Assembly (NCBI GenBank): GCA_041179005.1
Contig: JBEGUG010000030.1
Span: 1-57,170 of the forward strand
Length of the DNA: 57,170 nucleotides
Source: Actinomycetota bacterium
GTDB taxonomy: Bacteria > Actinomycetota > Actinomycetes > Actinomycetales > Microbacteriaceae
Reading direction: 5' to 3'
Positions 39,582-48,903 of this stretch are shown one piece after another; position 1 is the first letter of the stretch, and each line of letters opens with the position of its first letter. The position numbers were made by a program, and so were the translations under genes. The notes under the pieces are model-generated. The model was not told where the DNA came from. It did not search any database and saw nothing but the letters and a program-made list of their open reading frames with translations.

Positions 39582-41267
39582 ATGCAAATGAACGAAACAG
39601 CACTGCTGGAGTCAGCATCGGCGTGGGCTAACCAAGACCCCGATGTTGTAACTCGCGATGAACTTCTATCTCTGATCGAAGCCAAAGACATTTCGGCGCT
39701 TGAATCACGCATGAACGCGCGACTTGATTTTGGAACCGCAGGGCTTCGCGGAGAGTTAGGTGCTGGACCAAACCGAATGAACCGCGTTTTGGTGGCTCAG
39801 GCCGCTGCCGGTATTCGTGACTACGTGCTGGAAAACTTCGCTGGTGAAAAATCAGTGGTGATTGGATTTGACGGGCGAATCAACAGTGCCATTTTTGCGC
39901 GCGACTCCGCAGAGATTTTTGCCGCCGCCGGAATTCAAACCATGCTGTTTGATGGCGTGGTGCCGACTCCGGTGCTTGCCTTTGCTGGCAAGGTCCTCAA
40001 CAGCTCTGCGGCCATCATGGTTACCGCTTCGCACAATCCACCGCGCGATAACGGCTACAAGGTTTACCTTGGTGGCAGCAACGGCGGCTCACAAATCATT
40101 TCGCCAACCGATGCAGAAATTGCCGCCAAGATTCGTGCGGTTGCTGAGAACTTTACTTTTGCTCAAATTCCAAAATCGGACGACTACGTGATCATCGGTG
40201 ATGAGATGCGTCAGCGCTACGTAGCAGAGACTGCTGCAATCATCGGCGAAATTACTAACGCCGATTCACTAAAGGTGGTCTACACCGCAATGCACGGTGT
40301 GGGTTGGCACGTGGTTGAAAAACTGTTTGCAGCCGTAGGTTTACCAAAGCCAATCACCGTGACAGAACAACTGCTGCCAGATGGAAATTTTCCAACCGTT
40401 GCCTTCCCTAATCCTGAAGAGCCCGGCGCGATGGACCTCAGCTTCGCCAAGGCGCGCGAGGTAGACGCCGACCTAATCATTGCCAACGACCCCGATGCCG
40501 ACCGCCTTGCGATTGGTATTCCCGATGCCAACCCTGATGCCAACCCCAATGCCAACCCCGATGATTGGCGCCGACTGACCGGTGACGAAATTGGCCTTGT
40601 GCTTGGGCACGAGGTTGCCAGGCGCGCTGCCGCAGCTGGATACGGGACTGCAGAAAAACCTGGCACGCTTGCTTGCTCAATCGTTTCTAGTTCGGCATTG
40701 CAAAAGGTTGCCGAAAAATTTGGACTGGGTTATCGCGAGACGCTCACCGGATTTAAGTACATTTCAAAAATTCCAAATCTACTTTTTGGTTTCGAAGAAG
40801 CACTCGGCTACTGTATTGACCCAGACAACACTCCTGACAAAGACGGAATCTCAGCGGCACTGTTGACCGTGGCCATCGCTGGCGATCTTGCTGCCGAAGG
40901 CAAGACCCTGGCAGACCACATTGCAGAACTCGGCGAACTCTATGGTCACTACGCCACCGGGCAAATTTCTATTCGCGTGACAGACCTATCGGTGATTTCA
41001 AAGATTATGCATAACCTGCGTCAAAATCCACCAAGCGAGATTGCGGGTGCGGCAGCGGAATTTACTGACCTCGCGATTGGCACCAAGGATCTTGACCCAA
41101 CGGACGGTTTGCGATTTGATTTGAGCGATGGTCGAAGAGTGATCATCAGGCCTTCTGGCACCGAGCCAAAACTCAAGTGTTATTTGCAGGCGATTGGTGA
41201 ATCAAAGGCATCAGCAGCGGAATCGCTAGCGGAACTAAAAGCCGCTATGCAGGATTACCTAAAGTAA
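39582..41267 (+). CDS. Phospho-sugar mutase (PGM2/PmmB-like, possibly phosphopentomutase)
   Basis: FGTAGLRG, TASHNP, DPDADR, FEEALG and RPSGTEPKLKCY motifs. Confidence 0.93.
   Translation: MQMNETALLESASAWANQDPDVVTRDELLSLIEAKDISALESRMNARLDFGTAGLRGELGAGPNRMNRVLVAQAAAGIRDYVLENFAGEKSVVIGFDGRINSAIFARDSAEIFAAAGIQTMLFDGVVPTPVLAFAGKVLNSSAAIMVTASHNPPRDNGYKVYLGGSNGGSQIISPTDAEIAAKIRAVAENFTFAQIPKSDDYVIIGDEMRQRYVAETAAIIGEITNADSLKVVYTAMHGVGWHVVEKLFAAVGLPKPITVTEQLLPDGNFPTVAFPNPEEPGAMDLSFAKAREVDADLIIANDPDADRLAIGIPDANPDANPNANPDDWRRLTGDEIGLVLGHEVARRAAAAGYGTAEKPGTLACSIVSSSALQKVAEKFGLGYRETLTGFKYISKIPNLLFGFEEALGYCIDPDNTPDKDGISAALLTVAIAGDLAAEGKTLADHIAELGELYGHYATGQISIRVTDLSVISKIMHNLRQNPPSEIAGAAAEFTDLAIGTKDLDPTDGLRFDLSDGRRVIIRPSGTEPKLKCYLQAIGESKASAAESLAELKAAMQDYLK
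40521..40562 (+). repeat. In-frame 12-bp tandem repeat x3.5
   Basis: CCCGATGCCAAC CCTGATGCCAAC CCCAATGCCAAC CCCGAT encodes PDANPDANPNANPD. Confidence 0.9.
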
Positions 41268-41289
41268 AGAAGCACTCAACTTCAAGTGC

Positions 41290-41559
41290 CTATAGCAAAG
41301 AAGCCGAGAGCTTCTTTGTTATCTCTTCAAGATCAAAGAAGTGCTCGATGGTGATGATCTCTGGCTTCAGACCATCCATTAGTTGAGCAAGGTCTGGAGT
41401 GGTCAAGATCACCTGAGCATCGCTGGAAGCGCGAGCTGTTTTCATGTCGGTGGCTTCAACTGTGGCATCAATACCAAGTTGAGCTAATACCTTCTCGGCA
41501 TTCATTTTGAGCAAGACTGAGGTCCCAATACCCATTCCACACACCGCGATGATCTTCAT
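41290..41559 (-). CDS. PTS IIB component (ascorbate/galactitol type)
   Basis: MKIIAVCGMGIGTS P-loop. Start ATG 41559, 6 nt after CAGAAT. Confidence 0.92.
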   Translation of the reverse strand: MKIIAVCGMGIGTSVLLKMNAEKVLAQLGIDATVEATDMKTARASSDAQVILTTPDLAQLMDGLKPEIITIEHFFDLEEITKKLSASLL

Positions 41560-41581
41560 AAGACCATTCTGCCTTGTGGAA

Positions 41582-42028
41582 CTAGAACAGCGAGCGAATC
41601 TGTTCGGTATCCCCCGCATTTAACATGATGTTCACAGCATCGGAATCACCAAGAATTGCAGCCAACTCGGCCAGCATTTCTAAATGCGAGTCGTGATCCA
41701 GAGCACACATACCTACGACCAAGCGCACCGGATCATTTGCTGCATTTCCAAAGACAACGGGCTCAGCAAGAGTGACGAGGCTCAAACCGGTTGAGATCAC
41801 GGCATCTGATGGCTTTGCATGTGCAATTGCAATACCGGGAGCAATTACAAAGTACGGGCCGTGGGTTTCAAAAACCTCAACCATCTGCTGGGTGTATTCA
41901 GGTGTAACCCTGCCGCTTGAAACCAGCAGATCTCCGGCCAGTTCAACCGCGTGCTCGCGGTCTAGCGCCGCGGCAAGTACGCGAATTGAATCATCGGCGA
42001 ATGCCTCAGCCAGTTTTGCAAATGACAC
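41582..42028 (-). CDS. PTS IIA component (fructose/mannitol/UlaC type)
   Basis: GPYFVIAPGIAIAHA and PVVFG...NDPV motifs. Confidence 0.93.
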   Translation of the reverse strand: MSFAKLAEAFADDSIRVLAAALDREHAVELAGDLLVSSGRVTPEYTQQMVEVFETHGPYFVIAPGIAIAHAKPSDAVISTGLSLVTLAEPVVFGNAANDPVRLVVGMCALDHDSHLEMLAELAAILGDSDAVNIMLNAGDTEQIRSLF

Positions 42029-43122
42029 TAACGACCCGCTTCAGAGAATCCCTGGTTGATCATTTCAATAAGTTCTTCGCGATCATCGATTGCCTGGAAG
42101 GCACCCTCGGCCGCATTCATCTGGAAGATTTCTAGGTCTTCGAGTCCGTAGCCAAAGGTGTCAACCAATAATTCCATTTCACGAGTCAGGTCTGTTCCTG
42201 ACATCAAACGGTTATCGGTGTTTACGGTCACCTTGAAACCAAGGTCATAAAGAATGTCGAACGGGTGATCAGCCATTGTCTCGCCAAGAAGCGCAATCGC
42301 ACCGGTCTGCAGGTTTGATGAAGGTGAGGTCTCAAGAACGATGCCGCGATCGTGTACCCACTCGGCAACTGGTCCAAGCACAACCAAATCGGTCTCGCCA
42401 TCGTTGCGACTAAACATGATGTCTTCGATGATGCGCACACCGTGGCCTAGGCGAAGAGCGCGACCAGAAACAATCGCGTCCTTGATGCTTTCGATTCCGT
42501 CGGCCTCACCGGCGTGAACGGTTACCGGCATAAATTCGCTGGCCAGGTAGTCAAACGCATCCTTGTGCAGGCTTGGCAAGAAACCCTTTTCGGCTCCGGC
42601 AATGTCAAAACCAACCACACCGTTGTTGCGGTGACGAACTGCAAGCTCCGCAATTTCCATACCGCGGTTGGCGTGACGCATTGCGGTAACCAGCTGACCG
42701 GTGCGAATGAAGCCACCCTGCTGCTCAACAATTTGCATGCCCTCTTCAAGACCGTCCTGAACGGCCTCAACGGTTTCATCGAGGGTTAGCCCCTTAGTGA
42801 GGTGCTGCTCGGGTGCCCAGCGAATTTCACCGTAGATAACGCCGTCGTTGGCAAGATCCAAAACGAATTCACGTGCAACGCGGGTTAGGTGCTCACGGGT
42901 CTGCATCACGGCAGTGGTGATGTCAAAAGTCTTTAGGTATTCAACTAGCGAACCTGAGTCGGCTGATTTTTCAAACCACTTGCGCAAGTCCTTGGCGTTG
43001 TCGGCAGGTAATGCAAAACCAATCTCGGCAGCCATCTCAACGATGCTCTGCGGACGCAAACCACCGTCTAGGTGATCGTGCAGTGAAATCTTTGGCAACG
43101 AACGAATGTCAAAGTTTGCCAT
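42028..43122 (-). CDS. add: Adenosine deaminase
   Basis: LHDHLDG, HAGE, RLGHG and NTDN motifs. Confidence 0.97.
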   Translation of the reverse strand: MANFDIRSLPKISLHDHLDGGLRPQSIVEMAAEIGFALPADNAKDLRKWFEKSADSGSLVEYLKTFDITTAVMQTREHLTRVAREFVLDLANDGVIYGEIRWAPEQHLTKGLTLDETVEAVQDGLEEGMQIVEQQGGFIRTGQLVTAMRHANRGMEIAELAVRHRNNGVVGFDIAGAEKGFLPSLHKDAFDYLASEFMPVTVHAGEADGIESIKDAIVSGRALRLGHGVRIIEDIMFSRNDGETDLVVLGPVAEWVHDRGIVLETSPSSNLQTGAIALLGETMADHPFDILYDLGFKVTVNTDNRLMSGTDLTREMELLVDTFGYGLEDLEIFQMNAAEGAFQAIDDREELIEMINQGFSEAGR

Positions 43123-43137
43123 GGGTTGCCTCTTTTT

Positions 43138-44415
43138 CTAGTTGATGCGCTCGAGCACGATTTTGCGCTCAGGTGCAGAAGATTCAATCTTAAACGCTCC
43201 GTCTAGAGCTTCCAGCGCACGCTCAAAACGAGCCGGTTCATCGGTGTGTAGGGTCATCAGCGGAGCCCCAGCCTCAATTTTTTGCCCCAATTGCGCGTGC
43301 AGCGTGATGCCGGCACCAAACTGAACAGCATCTTCTTTGCGCGCACGACCAGCACCCAGGCGCCATGAAGCGGTGCCAACCTGAAGCGCATCAAGCTGTG
43401 AAAGATAACCCGATGCGGTTGCGGTAACTACATGGTGCTCTTTTGCCTCAGGTAGTTTGGCATCTGGATCGCCGCCCTGTGCAGAAATCATTTGACGCCA
43501 CTTATCCATCGCGCGGCCATCGTTCAGAGCAGCAGCTACATCAACATCACCTTTGCCAGCAAGGCGAAGCATTTCGCGCGCCAGCTCAACGGTGATCTCA
43601 ACAACGTCAGCCGGACCGCCACCCGAGAGAACCTCGAGAGATTCCTTAACCTCAAGTGCGTTTCCAATTTCAAGTCCAAGCGGTGTTGACATATCCGTTA
43701 GTAGTGCCGAGGTGTTCACTCCGGCGTCGTGTCCAAGCTGCACCATCACTGTTGCAAGCTCACGAGCACGCTCGATGTTTTTCATGAACGCGCCAGAGCC
43801 AACCTTCACATCCAGCACCAGGGACTGAGTGCCTTCTGCGATTTTCTTAGACATGATTGATGACGCGATAAGCGGAATGGCTTCTACGGTTCCGGTCACA
43901 TCGCGAAGGCTATAGAGCTTGCGGTCAGCAGGTGCCAGGCCAGAACCTGCAGCGCAGATAACTGCGCCAACATCGGCAAGCTGCTGGTGGAATTCCTCGT
44001 TTGAAATTTGTGCGCGCCAACCTGGGATTGACTCAAGCTTGTCTAGCGTGCCACCGGTGTGGCCAAGTCCGCGGCCGGAAAGCTGCGGAACCGCAACACC
44101 AAATACTGACACCAACGGTGCCAGCGGCAACGTAATTTTGTCGCCCACCCCTCCGGTTGAATGCTTGTCCGCGGTTGGCATGCCAAGACCTTCATAGCTC
44201 AGACGTTCACCCGATGCGATCATCGCCAGCGTCAAATCTTTAATCTCACGACGATTCATTCCGTTGAGCAGAATCGCCATGGCCATCGCAGACATCTGTT
44301 CGTCGGCGACCACACCGCTGGTGTAGTTCGCGATCAACCAATTGATTTGATCGGTGGTTAGCTCACCTTTGTCGCGCTTGGTAACGATGAGTTCCGGTGC
44401 TGAAAAATTTGACAT
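43138..44415 (-). CDS. deoA: Thymidine/pyrimidine-nucleoside phosphorylase
   Basis: DKHSTGGVGDK, SGRGLGHTGGTLDKLE and SIMSKK motifs. Confidence 0.97.
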   Translation of the reverse strand: MSNFSAPELIVTKRDKGELTTDQINWLIANYTSGVVADEQMSAMAMAILLNGMNRREIKDLTLAMIASGERLSYEGLGMPTADKHSTGGVGDKITLPLAPLVSVFGVAVPQLSGRGLGHTGGTLDKLESIPGWRAQISNEEFHQQLADVGAVICAAGSGLAPADRKLYSLRDVTGTVEAIPLIASSIMSKKIAEGTQSLVLDVKVGSGAFMKNIERARELATVMVQLGHDAGVNTSALLTDMSTPLGLEIGNALEVKESLEVLSGGGPADVVEITVELAREMLRLAGKGDVDVAAALNDGRAMDKWRQMISAQGGDPDAKLPEAKEHHVVTATASGYLSQLDALQVGTASWRLGAGRARKEDAVQFGAGITLHAQLGQKIEAGAPLMTLHTDEPARFERALEALDGAFKIESSAPERKIVLERIN

Positions 44416-44436
44416 CAAATACTTTCTTCGTTGCGC

Positions 44437-44865
44437 CTAAAGGGCGCGGTCGTCTAGGTCGCGCGGTCCAAAGGCGTCAGGAATTACTTCATCGATTGTT
44501 TTGAACCCCGATACGGTCTCAAGAATCATGCCCGGTGCAGAGTGCTCGAAAAGCAATTGGCGGCAACGGCCGCAAGGCATCAGTATGTTTCCGTGGCCAT
44601 CAACACAGGTGAAGGCAACCAACTTTGCCGGCCCAGCTCCCGCCGGTGAACTCATCGCTAATTCGCTGACCAATGAACATTCTGCGCAAAGGGTTAGGCC
44701 GTAAGAAGCGTTTTCAACATTGCAACCAGAGATCACTCGGCCATCATCGGTTAGCGCAGCAACACCAACCGGAAACTTTGAATAAGGAACATAGGCCTTC
44801 TTCATCGCTTCGTTTGCTACCTTGCGCAGCTCATCCCAGTTAATTTCTGAGTTCCCGTGTGACAT
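44437..44865 (-). CDS. cdd: Cytidine deaminase
   Basis: PYSKFPVG, NVENASYGLTLCAE and PCGRCRQ motifs. Confidence 0.97.
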   Translation of the reverse strand: MSHGNSEINWDELRKVANEAMKKAYVPYSKFPVGVAALTDDGRVISGCNVENASYGLTLCAECSLVSELAMSSPAGAGPAKLVAFTCVDGHGNILMPCGRCRQLLFEHSAPGMILETVSGFKTIDEVIPDAFGPRDLDDRAL

Positions 44866-44871
44866 GTTTGC

Positions 44872-46098
44872 CTAACTCTTTATATAAGGTTTACCGGTTG
44901 CGGCCGGCCCTGAAACTTTGCCAACCAAACCAGCAACGGCAACGATGGTCAAAGCGTAAGGAAGCATTAGCAAGAACTGGCTTGGCACATCCGAACCGAT
45001 GATGCTGAGCACCGACTGCAAGTTCTGAGCGAAACCAAACATTAGCGCGGCCAGCGTTGCCAGCAACGGGTTCCAGCGGCCAAAGATCAACGCCGCTAGA
45101 GCAATGTAGCCGGCACCAGAGGTCATCTCTTTGGAGAAGGAACCAACTGCACCAAGGGTAAAGAACGCTCCACCAATACCAGCCAGCGCACCACCTAGCA
45201 TCACGCCAATGTAGCGAGTGCGATAAACCTTGATACCAACGGTGTCGGCGGCCTTTGGATACTCACCAACCGCGCGAAGACGCAAGCCCCATCGAGTTTT
45301 GAATAGTGCCACGTAAACCACAGCAACACCCAGGTACATCAAGTACACAATTAGTGTTTGCGAGAACAAAAGCGGACCGATGATTGGAATCTGCGACAGC
45401 AGCGGAATGTCAATCTGGTCAAATCGTTCCGGTTGGTTCAGCGCAACTAGATCTCGAGCCATCACGGTTGAGTACAAGAAGCTGGTGACACCAATTACCA
45501 GTACGTTGACAACAACACCAACGATGATTTGATCAACCACGTACTTGATGCTGAAGACGGCAAGAATTCCGGCAATCAATGAACCGCTGATTGCTGCAGC
45601 CAAAAGACCAAGGGTCAGGCTGTGAGTGATTGAAGTAATCAGCGCTGAAGCAAAGGCGCCAGCGAGTAGCTGACCTTCGATTGCAATGTTGACCACACCA
45701 ACGCGCTCAGAAAGAACCCCGGCAAGTGCTCCAAAGATTAGTGGCACAGCCAAGGCCAACGAGCCCTGCAGAGTTGTGGTGACCGGGAACATCTGATCAA
45801 CAAACATGATGATCAAGAACTGCTGAATCAAAACGAATGCGAACACCGCGGTGAGCCAGAGCGGAGTCTTCTTACCCTGCAGTGAAAGCCACCATCCGGC
45901 GCCGGTAGCTACCGCAACAACTGCGGTGATGATCCACGATGCATTGGCAACCGGAATTTGGAAGTCCGGAATTGCAAATAGTTCCTTGCCAGCATTGAAA
46001 CTAAAAAGCGTTGTTCCAGCTGGGGCAGTGATTGAAAGCCAAAGACTTAACAGTGCAAAAACACTGAACGCGATTGCGGTTTTGAATGAACGCTTCAT
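44872..46098 (-). CDS. Nucleoside ABC transporter permease (NupC-like)
   Basis: SERVGVVNIAIEG, GLRLRAVGE and GYIALAALIFGRW motifs. Confidence 0.93.
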   Translation of the reverse strand: MKRSFKTAIAFSVFALLSLWLSITAPAGTTLFSFNAGKELFAIPDFQIPVANASWIITAVVAVATGAGWWLSLQGKKTPLWLTAVFAFVLIQQFLIIMFVDQMFPVTTTLQGSLALAVPLIFGALAGVLSERVGVVNIAIEGQLLAGAFASALITSITHSLTLGLLAAAISGSLIAGILAVFSIKYVVDQIIVGVVVNVLVIGVTSFLYSTVMARDLVALNQPERFDQIDIPLLSQIPIIGPLLFSQTLIVYLMYLGVAVVYVALFKTRWGLRLRAVGEYPKAADTVGIKVYRTRYIGVMLGGALAGIGGAFFTLGAVGSFSKEMTSGAGYIALAALIFGRWNPLLATLAALMFGFAQNLQSVLSIIGSDVPSQFLLMLPYALTIVAVAGLVGKVSGPAATGKPYIKS

Positions 46099-47258
46099 TA
46101 TGCAGCCACCGCCTTGTTGGTTTTGCGGGCGAGGCCGAACATCAAACGCACCAGCGGCGGCGCTGCAATAAACAGAACCACCAAGGATTGAACGATGAGC
46201 ACAATATCAATAGGCACCTTTTGGTTTGCTTGCATGATTACCGCTCCGGCGCGAAGCGCACCAAACAAAAGACCAGCAGCAAGTACACCAAATGGTTTTG
46301 ATCTACCAAGCAGAGCAACTGTAATGGCATCGAAACCAAAGCTGGCAGCCACGCTAGGAGTGAGGTACTTCTCAGCACCTAGAACCTGCGAGGTTCCAGC
46401 AAGACCGGCAAGAGCTCCCGAGATTGCCATTACGAGAACGTAGTTCAAACCAATGTTGATTCCGGCAACCTTTGAAGCATTCGGATTGTGGCCCAACGCA
46501 CGGAACTGGAAGCCAATTGAAGATTTGTTTAGCAACCACCAAACCACTAGCACCATGGCCAACATCACGAGGAATGAAGCGTTGATGCGGAAGCTATCTC
46601 CCATGAAGCGCCAGTATTTTGCGCTCTCATAAATCTCTGGCGAGATAGGATTTGTTGCACCCGGCGCCTGAAACAGCGGAGTGGTTAGAACGTAGAACAG
46701 AAGCAAACCTGCGATGTAGTTCATCATGATAGTCACGATTACTTCATTGGCTCCGGTTGCCGCCTTTAGGAATCCAACAAAACCGCCAAACAATGCTGAT
46801 GCAACAACACCTGTAAGAACGGCCAGCGGAAGGTGAATCAAAGCTGGCAACTCAAAGGTGAAACCAACAAAGGCTGCACCCATGGCACCAAAAATAATTT
46901 GACCGGTTCCACCAATGTTGAAAAGACCTGAGCGGAAAGCAACCGCCATACCCAAACCAGCCAAGGTGATTGGTGTGGCATAGGAAAGTGTCTCGGTTAG
47001 TGGCTTGATCATGCCGATGGAATCCAGCGCCTTGTAGTTATAGATTGCACCGCGGAACAGCGCGTCATAGGCGCCAAAGATTGCATTCCATACCGCAAGG
47101 AAGAAATCCCCTGGACGAGCAAATAGGTAGCCGGCGGTGGTCTGCACGTTTTCATTGGCGAACGCAATCAAAATGCCGCCGATTAGGAACGAAGCCAGAA
47201 TTGCCAGCGCTGTTACCAGCGAGCTTGGGTTGAAGATCTGCTTTATTAGTTTGTTCAT
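46098..47258 (-). CDS. Nucleoside ABC transporter permease (NupB-like)
   Basis: AFRSGLFNIG..GQ, NEVIVTIMMNY and GFDAITVALLG motifs. Confidence 0.93.
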   Translation of the reverse strand: MNKLIKQIFNPSSLVTALAILASFLIGGILIAFANENVQTTAGYLFARPGDFFLAVWNAIFGAYDALFRGAIYNYKALDSIGMIKPLTETLSYATPITLAGLGMAVAFRSGLFNIGGTGQIIFGAMGAAFVGFTFELPALIHLPLAVLTGVVASALFGGFVGFLKAATGANEVIVTIMMNYIAGLLLFYVLTTPLFQAPGATNPISPEIYESAKYWRFMGDSFRINASFLVMLAMVLVVWWLLNKSSIGFQFRALGHNPNASKVAGINIGLNYVLVMAISGALAGLAGTSQVLGAEKYLTPSVAASFGFDAITVALLGRSKPFGVLAAGLLFGALRAGAVIMQANQKVPIDIVLIVQSLVVLFIAAPPLVRLMFGLARKTNKAVAA

Positions 47259-48754
47259 GCGCTGATACCCGCCATCATCTGACCCAAAACTGACCTAGAG
47301 GTATTCGAAGGCACAACGCCAACTACCTTGCCCTTATACATAACGGCAATCCTGTCTCCCAGCTGAGTTGCCTCATCCAGTTCGGTGGCAACAATCAAAA
47401 CCGGAATTCCAGAATCACGGGTTGCCACAATCTGCTCGTGTACGAATTCAATTGAGCCAACGTCTAGACCGCGGGTCGGCTGCGAAGCAACCAATAAGCG
47501 CAATTCACGAGATAGCTCACGCGCCAAAACAACCTTCTGCTGGTTTCCACCGGAAAGCTGAGATGCGGTTGAATCAATTCCCTGAGCGCGAATATCAAAC
47601 TGCTTCAATTTCTCTTGCGCAAACTTTTTCAAGTAGTCCAGCTGCAGGCTGATGCCCTTGGCGAAAGGCTTGCGGTCGCTGCGGTCAAGCATCAGGTTTT
47701 CGGCGATCGTGAATTCGGCAACCAAACCGTCCTCGGTGCGGTCTTCAGGCACAAAGCCAACGCCCAGGTCCAAGACCTGCTTCACGTTCTTGCCAATTAG
47801 TTCATTGCCATCGAGCTCGATAGACCCCGATGTCTTGCCGTGCATACCGATGATTGCCTCGGTCAATTCGGTTTGGCCGTTGCCCTGAACGCCAGCGATG
47901 ACCAAAATCTCACCCTCGTGAATTTCCAGATTTACATCATCAAGAACCTTGGTGCCGAAGTGATTCCAGGCAGAAAGATTAGTCACCTTGAATGTTGCTT
48001 TGCCCGGCTTGGCAACAGATTTTTCAACATCAAGATCAACCGCACGACCAACCATCATTGAAGCAAGTTCATTTGCCGAAGATTTAGGGCTTGCCTCACC
48101 AACAATCTTGCCTAGGCGAATCACCGTGATCTTGTCGGCAACTTCTTTCACTTCACGCAACTTGTGAGTGATGAAAACAATCGCCTTACCCTCGGCACGC
48201 AACTGCTTCATGATTGCCATTAGCTCATCGGTTTCTTGAGGTGTTAGCACAGCGGTTGGCTCGTCAAAAACCAAAACCTGAGCATCGCCCATCAGTGCCT
48301 TGATAATTTCAACGCGCTGCTGCACACCAACTGGCAAGTCGCCAACGATTGCATCGGGGTCTACTTCAAAACCAAAGCGATCAGAAATTTCGCGAACCTG
48401 CTTGCGAGCAGTCTCTAGATCTAGAATTCCACCAAACTTTGTTGGCTCGTGGCCAAGAATTACATTTTCAGCAACTGTGAAAACCGGGATGAGCATGAAG
48501 TGCTGGTGCACCATTCCGATGCCGGCTGCCATTGCGTCGCCAGGGCCAGAAAACTTGACCACCTTGTCGTCTAAAAGAATTTCTCCGCCATCGGCTTGAT
48601 ACAAACCGTAGAGAACATTCATCAGAGTTGACTTGCCGGCGCCATTTTCGCCGACCAGACAGTGAATCTGACCTGGCTCTGCAACCAGGTTCACATTGTC
48701 GTTAGCAGTCATCGCGCCAAAGCGCTTGGTGATGCCGCGGAGTTCCAGCTTCAT
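47255..48754 (-). CDS. Nucleoside ABC transporter ATP-binding protein (CUT2, double NBD)
   Basis: GENGAGKST, DEPTAVLT, LSGGNQQK and QPTRGLDVG motifs. Confidence 0.95.
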   Translation of the reverse strand: MKLELRGITKRFGAMTANDNVNLVAEPGQIHCLVGENGAGKSTLMNVLYGLYQADGGEILLDDKVVKFSGPGDAMAAGIGMVHQHFMLIPVFTVAENVILGHEPTKFGGILDLETARKQVREISDRFGFEVDPDAIVGDLPVGVQQRVEIIKALMGDAQVLVFDEPTAVLTPQETDELMAIMKQLRAEGKAIVFITHKLREVKEVADKITVIRLGKIVGEASPKSSANELASMMVGRAVDLDVEKSVAKPGKATFKVTNLSAWNHFGTKVLDDVNLEIHEGEILVIAGVQGNGQTELTEAIIGMHGKTSGSIELDGNELIGKNVKQVLDLGVGFVPEDRTEDGLVAEFTIAENLMLDRSDRKPFAKGISLQLDYLKKFAQEKLKQFDIRAQGIDSTASQLSGGNQQKVVLARELSRELRLLVASQPTRGLDVGSIEFVHEQIVATRDSGIPVLIVATELDEATQLGDRIAVMYKGKVVGVVPSNTSRSVLGQMMAGISA

Positions 48755-48856
48755 CGCTATTTCCCGTTTCGTATCTGCGTTATTTCACGCGTGGCTTTAA
48801 GTCTAACTTGGCAATTTGAGGCCGATTTACAGGTATTTCAAAGACTGTGAAGATAC

Positions 48857-48895
48857 AAAAAATTGGGAGCCGATTTCTCGGCTCCCAATTTTTTT
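48857..48895. terminator. Strong intrinsic terminator after the BMP gene
   Basis: AAAAAATTGGGAGCCGA-tttc-TCGGCTCCCAATTTTTTT. Confidence 0.9.
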
Positions 48896-48903
48896 AGCAG
48901 TTT

